This document shows, one piece after another, positions 58,201 to 64,000 of a stretch of DNA of 64,000 bases (position 1 is its first letter; every line of letters begins with the position of its first letter). The notes under the pieces were generated by a model, which made no database searches, was not told the origin of the DNA, and worked only from the letters and a program-made list of their open reading frames with translations. Source of the DNA: an uncultured Gemmatimonadota bacterium (GTDB lineage Bacteria; GCA-2686955); assembly GCA_964490075.1 (NCBI GenBank), contig CAZBBK010000029.1, forward strand, positions 383 to 64,382, given 5' to 3'. The position numbers were made by a program, and so were the translations under genes.

Positions 58201-59061
58201 TTGGCGGTCTGCGCGTCCGAGCTCGGTCTCTCGCTCGACCGGGTGCGGGTGATGCCCACCTCCACCGCCAAAGTCCCGAACACCTCCGCCACCGCCGCCT
58301 CCAGCGGCTCCGATCTGAACGGACAGGCGATCGCCGACGCCTGCGCCAAGCTGCGGGCGCGCTTGAGCCCGGTCGCCGCCGGCCTGCTCGGCGTCCCCGC
58401 CGACCAGGAGCTGCGCTTCGCCGACGACCGCGTCGCCACCGCCGCCGGCGACCACTCGGTCGAGCTCTCGGCGGTGGCGCAGCAGGCCTGGCTCGAACGC
58501 GTCTCCCTTTCCGCGACCGGCTTCTATCGCACCCCTGGCATCTCCTACGATCCGGCCACCGGCCGCGGCTGCCCGTTCTTCTACTTCGCCTACGGCGGCG
58601 CCCTGGTCGAGGTCGAGCTCGAAGGCCACACCGGCCGCCACCGCATCCTGCGCGTCGACATCCTGCACGACGTCGGCCGCTCGCTGGTGCCGAACATCGA
58701 CCGCGGACAGATCGAGGGGGGATTCCTGCAAGGGGTCGGCTGGCTCACCTGCGAGGAGCGCCTGGAGAGCGACCAGGGCCGAGTCCTCACCCTCGGGCCT
58801 TCCACCTACAAGATCCCCGCCGCCGGCGACGCTCCGGCCGAGCTGCGCATCCGCCTCCTCGACCGCGCCGATCAGCCGAGCGTCATCGGCCGCTCGAAGG
58901 CGGTCGGCGAGCCGCCCTTCATGCTCGCCCTCGGCGTGATCACCGCCCTCCGGCAGGCGGTGCTGGCCTTCTCCGATGCGCCGCGCGGGCCGGTCGAGCT
59001 GCGCCTTCCGGCCACCCCGGAGTCGCTCTTGCGCGCCATCGAGGCGGTCCGCCGGCGCTGA
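55300..59061 (+). CDS. Xanthine dehydrogenase as one polypeptide (XdhA-like 2Fe-2S/FAD part fused to XdhB-like molybdopterin part)
   Basis: The 2Fe-2S clusters (CAEGDCGACTV, CGYCTPG, CRCTGY), an FAD/CO-dehydrogenase flavoprotein domain, and the molybdopterin Ald_Xan_dh domains (GGGFGGKE, the E-loop) lie in one 1253-aa ORF without a stop. Confidence 0.8.
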   Translation: MSQPLQFTLNGRKIEEHDSSPSLTVLDYLREHQGLHGTKEGCAEGDCGACTVVVLDRGAPGGPAFRALNSCLMLLGELHGAELLTVEGLAEGETLHPVQQALAEHGGSQCGYCTPGVVMSLYEAAQREKLGERELADQISGNLCRCTGYGPIRRAARQVAGTQPADRHTALAERADAGAPPFVRYRAAGQLFVRPASLDELWPLLAEHPRHRLVGGASDLTLDAAAALRAQPCLVSLRGIAELRGVRCDDNAMRIGATTPLADLEAVAVERLPMLAEMLRYFGSRQIKNLGTVGGNLCTASPVGDLAPCFLALGATLRLASADGGRSLSIDDFFTGYRRTALRPGEILLEVELPLPAADSLSTAFKVSKRRELDIAAVAAAFYLECGADSSIAVARVAFGGMAATPARAPSVEAALLGAELTPAAFEAAAAAVADDFEPISDLRGSAWFRSTLARNLVLELGAAATPAKRPRPTRPRGSSAAERALPENPGLRPPVPHESGRLHVQGAARYVDELPEARNARVALVVAGDAAHGRIVRRDRARAERAPGIDAVLFAEEIPGDPMIGPVAHDEPLLAAREVDHAGQAVALIVGESLAACRAAAPLLEIEIEPLPAILGIQAAIAADSFFGDPHVIQRGAVDAALERAEVRISGELATPAQDHFYLETQAALALPEEGGSWHIHTSSQHPSEVQHMVARALGVGRHRIVCEVPRMGGGFGGKESQPAHYAALAAIAAARVGRPVKLRLSRPDDMRMTGPRHPCWSRYSAGFDRDGTIRAFEVQIYADGGYSLDLSLAILSRALFHLDNAYYIPELRFEGKICKTHSPSSTAFRGFGGPQGMAVIEDAINRFAESRGLDPDAVRARNFYGDAPRDRAPYHQRVPEPRLTRIYTELRAEADLERRAADLERFNRESPESKRAIAFQPVKFGISFTNKILNQAGALVHFYADGTAQLNHGGTEMGQGLHTKMLAVCASELGLSLDRVRVMPTSTAKVPNTSATAASSGSDLNGQAIADACAKLRARLSPVAAGLLGVPADQELRFADDRVATAAGDHSVELSAVAQQAWLERVSLSATGFYRTPGISYDPATGRGCPFFYFAYGGALVEVELEGHTGRHRILRVDILHDVGRSLVPNIDRGQIEGGFLQGVGWLTCEERLESDQGRVLTLGPSTYKIPAAGDAPAELRIRLLDRADQPSVIGRSKAVGEPPFMLALGVITALRQAVLAFSDAPRGPVELRLPATPESLLRAIEAVRRR

Positions 59062-59254
59062 CTCGAGCGATTTCCGTTATCCTGGCGGCTGCACAGCTCC
59101 GATCGGCAGCCGCGGTGCGTGAAGCGTCGTCCCCAACGCGGGGCGGCGGCGCAGCGACGTCTCGTCCCGGACCGAATCCTCTCCTCCCCACCCAAGACGC
59201 GTGGCGACGAGCCGCTCCGGCGCGCCGCCCATGGACCCGTGAAGGGACCCTCTC

Positions 59255-59726
59255 ATGTTGAAGCGCACATTCGGATTCCTGGCCACTCTGATCTTGGTCG
59301 GCGGATTGAGCTCCGGCTGCAAGAAGGACAGCGGAACCAACAACCAGAACGGTGATTGGAAGCTGACGATCACCGTGATCGTGGGCGGATTCGCTCTCGA
59401 TCCGATCGTCCAGTACGTCGACATGGACACACCCTGAGGAGTACAACTACTCCGACGGCACCTACACCGACGACGACTGCACGATCAACTTCGGCGGCGG
59501 CGTCATGGACGTGACCTGTCAGTTCGAGGACGAGCTGGCCGGCTCGGGCGGCTGCCTGTTCACGGTCGACGTCGACGGAGGCGGCACCTACACCGACACC
59601 TCCTTCGACTACACCTACGACAACATCTACACCTGCAACGGCGCCACCTGCGACTTCATCCAGTGCGCGACCATTCTGGGCATGGCGACCACCGTCAACA
59701 TCGTCGGCGAGTACGTCGGCGACTGA
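59255..59726 (+). CDS. Small Cys-rich lipoprotein, interrupted by one frameshift near 59433
   Basis: The lipobox is LSSGCKK. The ORF 59255..59437 ends at DTP, and the frame-0 ORF continues EEYNYSDGTYTDDDC... through to 59726. The switch is at the gacacaccctgagg site. Confidence 0.4.
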
Positions 59727-59744
59727 TTGGCCAAGAGACCGCCT

Positions 59745-59790
59745 CCAGGGCGCGGAACGAGCTCGATCGCGAAGCTCGGCCGCGCCCTGG
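59745..59790 (+). terminator. GC-rich 11-bp stem-loop between the lipoprotein gene and argG
   Basis: CCAGGGCGCGG, a 24-nt loop, then CCGCGCCCTGG, followed by atcgatttgacgg, which has only a weak U-tract. Confidence 0.35.
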
Positions 59791-59823
59791 ATCGATTTGA
59801 CGGAACCACGAAGGGACCCCCTC

Positions 59824-61064
<1,241 letters not shown>

Positions 61065-61068
<4 letters not shown>

Positions 61069-62267
61069 CACTCTGGGACCAAAGAGGCCGAGGCGCCGCC
61101 GATCGGGTGCTGGAGCGCTTCCTGGCCGGCGACGATCCGCGCCTCGACCTGCGCCTTGCCCCCTACGACCTGCGGGCCAGCGCGGCCCACGCCCGCATGC
61201 TGGCCTCGATCGGACTGCTCGACGCGGCCGAGGCCGATGCCCTCGTCGCCGAGCTCGAGGTGCTCGGCCGCAGCGCCGCGGCGGGCGAGCTCCGGATCGC
61301 GGACGCCGACGAAGACATCCACACCTGCATCGAGCGTCACCTGGTCGAGCGGCTCGGCGATCTGGGCAAGAAGATCCACACCGGCCGGTCGCGCAACGAC
61401 CAGGTGCTGGTGGCGCTGCGCCTGCACGCCAAAGATGCCGCCGAATCGGTCGCGGCGGCCGCGGCCGAGCTGAGCGCGGCGCTGGAGCGCTGCGCCGCCA
61501 CCCACGGCGCCGTGGCGCTGCCCGGCTACACCCACATGCAGCAGGCGATGCCGACCACCCTCGGCATGTGGACCGGCGCCTACCGCGACGCCCTCGCCGA
61601 CGACTGCGCGCTGCTCGCCGCCGCGCGCCGCCTGCTCGACCAGAACCCGTTGGGCAGCGCCGCCGGCTTCGGCTCGCCCCTGCCCCTCGATCGGGCCCGG
61701 ACCACCGCCGAGCTCGGCTTCGAGCGCATCCAGGAGAACCCGATCTACTGCCAGAACAGCCGCGGCAAGCTCGAGGGCGCGTTGCTCTTCGCCTTCGTCC
61801 ACCTCGGGCAGACCCTGAACCGCCTGGCCTGCGACCTGTTGCTCTACACCACCCGCGAGTTCGCCTTCTTCGAGCTGCCCGAGGCCGCGACCACCGGCTC
61901 GAGCATCATGCCGCAGAAGCGCAATGCCGACGTGCTCGAGCTGATCCGCGCCCGCAGCGCCCGCCTGCCTGCGCTGCTGGCCCAGCTCGTCGCCACCACC
62001 CTCAATCTGCCCAGCGCCTACAACCGCGACTACCAGGAGCAGAAGGCCCCCTACTTCCGCGCCATCGACGACATCGAGGGCTGCCTCGCCGCCCTGACCC
62101 GGGTGATCGAGGGGCTCCGGCCCGACCCCGAGGGAATCGCCGCGCGCACCGACCCCGCCATCCACGCCACCGCAGCCGCCTACCGCCTGGTGCGCGCCGG
62201 CATGCCCTTCCGCGACGCCCACCACGAGATCGCCCGCCGCCTGCGCGCCGGCGAGCCCCTGGGTTAG
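61065..62267 (+). CDS. argH: Argininosuccinate lyase (short form)
   Basis: GSSIMPQKRNAD is the fumarate-lyase signature. The GTG start overlaps the argG stop (GTGA). Confidence 0.8.
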
Positions 62268-62280
62268 GCGCCCCCCGGCT

Positions 62281-62901
62281 CTACAAGGACGCCAACCCCT
62301 TCCCCAGCCTTCCGCGCGTCTCCCGCGCCAGCTCGAGCAGCGCCTCGCGTCTCTGCGCCACGCCGAAGAGCGCCACCGGATCGATTGCCGAGACCACCAC
62401 CGCCGACCCCGACTCCACGACCGCCACGCTCAGCGGCAGCAGCAGTGCGGCCGCCGGCTCGAGCGCCAGCAGTGCCTGGGTGAGCTCCCCCGCCTCGATC
62501 CCCAGCACCACGTAGCGTTCATCCCGCCCCGCCTCCGGGTCGAGCTCGTAGCGCACCGTGAATCCCGCCGCTTCGAGCATCCCCCGGACCCGTCCCAGCA
62601 CCTCCTCGACGCTCCTGCCCTCGAGCCTGCGGGTGAGCGCGAAGCTCGGGTCACCGAAGCGATCCGCCTCCGCGCGGGCGGCCAGGTGGGCCAGGATCTC
62701 CTCCGAGCCCTGAATCCACCGCTCGCCGTCGCGCAGAATCGGAATCTCGCGGCTCGTCACCCCTTCGTGGGCGCTCAGGTCGGGCCGGTCGACCGGCAGC
62801 TTCGCCACCGCCACCGCCTCGAAGCTCAGATTCTGGCGGGTCAGCTCCTCGCGCACCGCCTGGCAATGCGGGCAGCCTTCGCGCTGATAGAGGCGCAACA
62901 T
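62281..62901 (-). CDS. Glutaredoxin-like (CPHC) domain fused to a DUF302-like domain
   Basis: The N-terminus reads MLRLYQREGCPHCQAVREEL. The C-terminal domain is ~130 aa, alpha/beta and DUF302-like. An AAAGGAG lies 10 nt before the ATG. Confidence 0.55.
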   Translation of the reverse strand: MLRLYQREGCPHCQAVREELTRQNLSFEAVAVAKLPVDRPDLSAHEGVTSREIPILRDGERWIQGSEEILAHLAARAEADRFGDPSFALTRRLEGRSVEEVLGRVRGMLEAAGFTVRYELDPEAGRDERYVVLGIEAGELTQALLALEPAAALLLPLSVAVVESGSAVVVSAIDPVALFGVAQRREALLELARETRGRLGKGLASL

Positions 62902-62923
62902 CCGATTCACTCCTTTTCCGGTC

Positions 62924-64000
62924 TCAGACACTCCGCGAAAACGACTGCCCCTGGCGCGCCTGCACCCTCTCCAGGTGGGCATCGAAGGGCATCGCCACCA
63001 CCCGAATCAAAAGCTCGCCGAGCTCGGTCGCCCGGAAGCCGCCCTCCCGCAGCTCCACCAGACCCTCCTCGGCCAGGCGCTCCAACCCCCGCAGCTCGGA
63101 CCCGAAGCGGCCCGCGAAGTCGATCCCCCACTGCGCCTCGACCGCTCCGAAGTCGAGACCGAAGCCGCACAGGATCTGGTGGATCACCGCCTTGCGCAGC
63201 TCATCCTCGGGCGTCCGGAGATAGCCCCGATAGGTCGCCAGCTCCCCCGCCGCGACCCTCTCGAGATAGGCCCTCAGGTCGGCCTCGTTCTGCACGTAGG
63301 CCCCGCCCAGGTCGCCGATCGCGCTCATCCCCAGTCCAATCGTGTCCGAGCCCGGAATCACGGTGTAGCCCTGGAAGCTGCGTTTCAGCGTTCCCCCCTC
63401 CAGCGCCCGGCTGAGCTCGTCCTCCGGCAGCGCGAAATGATCCATCCCGATCTGCCGGTAGCCGGCCTCTCGCAGCGTTTGGCGCGCGTCGCAGTAGAGC
63501 GCCAGCTTGTCGATCGGCGCCGGCAACGAGCTCTCGGGAATCGCCCGCTGGTGCGGACGCATCCAGGGCACGTAGGCGAAGCTGAACACCGCGATCCGGT
63601 CGGGGCGCAGCGTCACCACCCGCTCGATGGTGCGCGCGAAACGTCTCCGGGACTGTCCCGGCAGACCATAGACCAGGTCGATGTTGATCCCGCCGAAGCC
63701 GGCCTCGCGCGCCGCCGCCACGCATTCGACCCCCGCCTCCTCCTCCTGGCGCCGGTGAATCAGCCGCTGCACCTCCGCATCGAAGTCCTGGACCCCGAAG
63801 CTGATGCGGTTGAAACCGAGCCGCGCCAGCCCGCGAACCTGATCCCCCGATCCGACTCTGGGGTCGATTTCGATCGAGACCTCGGCGCCCTCGTCGGCAT
63901 CGAAGTGCATCCCGAGCATTGCCATCAGGCGCTCGAGCTGGTCTGTCGGCAGGTGGTTCGGCGAGCCCCCGCCGAGGTGGATCTGCGCGACCGAGCGGCG
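62924..64000 (-). CDS. HemN/HemW-family radical SAM protein, 5' end outside the window
   Basis: IHLGGGSPN is the end of the radical SAM core. ISFGVQDFD and the HemN_C-like tail are present. The frame is open to position 64000. Confidence 0.75.
   Translation of the reverse strand, partial: RRSVAQIHLGGGSPNHLPTDQLERLMAMLGMHFDADEGAEVSIEIDPRVGSGDQVRGLARLGFNRISFGVQDFDAEVQRLIHRRQEEEAGVECVAAAREAGFGGINIDLVYGLPGQSRRRFARTIERVVTLRPDRIAVFSFAYVPWMRPHQRAIPESSLPAPIDKLALYCDARQTLREAGYRQIGMDHFALPEDELSRALEGGTLKRSFQGYTVIPGSDTIGLGMSAIGDLGGAYVQNEADLRAYLERVAAGELATYRGYLRTPEDELRKAVIHQILCGFGLDFGAVEAQWGIDFAGRFGSELRGLERLAEEGLVELREGGFRATELGELLIRVVAMPFDAHLERVQARQGQSFSRSV

Noticed and set aside
55687-58731. Minus-strand ORFs 55687..57045 and 57112..58731 antisense to xanthine dehydrogenase
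   Set aside because: They are shadow ORFs without motifs. The sense ORF has all Xdh cofactor-binding signatures.

Overview
This is a 64-kb, ~70% GC, densely coding bacterial window with genes on both strands. All calls below come from reading the ORF translations for family motifs; I could run no database search or folding.

The organism appears diderm. Evidence is TolC, a secretin, an AsmA-family protein and a LolA-like protein, plus several secreted proteins ending in a FlgD-Ig/T9SS-type C-terminal tail (LxQNxPNPFNP). A Gemmatimonadota/FCB-like MAG is possible but speculative.

Systems and genes recognised, in window order:
- PAP2 phosphatase (3' fragment) and a Kelch beta-propeller protein.
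- EAL c-di-GMP phosphodiesterase and an acyl-CoA dehydrogenase.
- A parallel beta-helix lipoprotein, frameshifted.
- A TolC/FtsX-type permease/HlyD efflux operon with no ATPase gene.
- Two tandem paralogous secreted proteins of unknown function with FlgD-Ig tails, translationally linked to a 638-aa protein whose C-terminal ~160 aa is a complete GreA/GreB-like module.
- A 27-bp inverted repeat pair flanking 130 bp between convergent genes.
- A sulfatase-like lipoprotein, frameshifted.
- A sigma-54 activator of GAF-AAA+-Fis type.
- An ArsR/RND(MMPL-like)/LolA-like/beta-barrel operon.
- AsmA, malate dehydrogenase.
- A compact, translationally coupled type IV filament cluster: GspE/PilB, GspF/PilC, a long-leader pilin, a GspL-like protein, a GspM/PilO-like protein, a small periplasmic protein, a short secretin, PilT, a GNAT acetyltransferase and two GspG-motif pseudopilins. 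No prepilin peptidase is present in the window.
- A GDPD phosphodiesterase.
- An AmmeMemoRadiSam system in which the Memo/LigB-like and AMMECR1 parts are fused.
- A second secreted beta-helix protein and a PPi-type phosphofructokinase.
- A PP-loop (asparagine-synthase-like) gene coupled to a small radical SAM gene, next to a 1045-aa secreted malectin-FN3-CotH-LTD-LTD protein.
- RecQ, a CBS-pair protein, an MDR quinone oxidoreductase, PhoH2 (PIN-PhoH).
- A single-polypeptide XdhA-XdhB xanthine dehydrogenase.
- A small Cys-rich lipoprotein (frameshifted), argG, argH, a glutaredoxin-DUF302 fusion, and a HemN/HemW-family radical SAM gene truncated at the 5' end.

No rRNA, tRNA, CRISPR array, transposase or integrase was recognised.

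Three ORFs are broken by single frameshifts, each at a G/C homopolymer, which points to assembly indels rather than true pseudogenes. Many long Arg/Gly/Pro-rich antisense ORFs in the track are high-GC shadow ORFs and were rejected.
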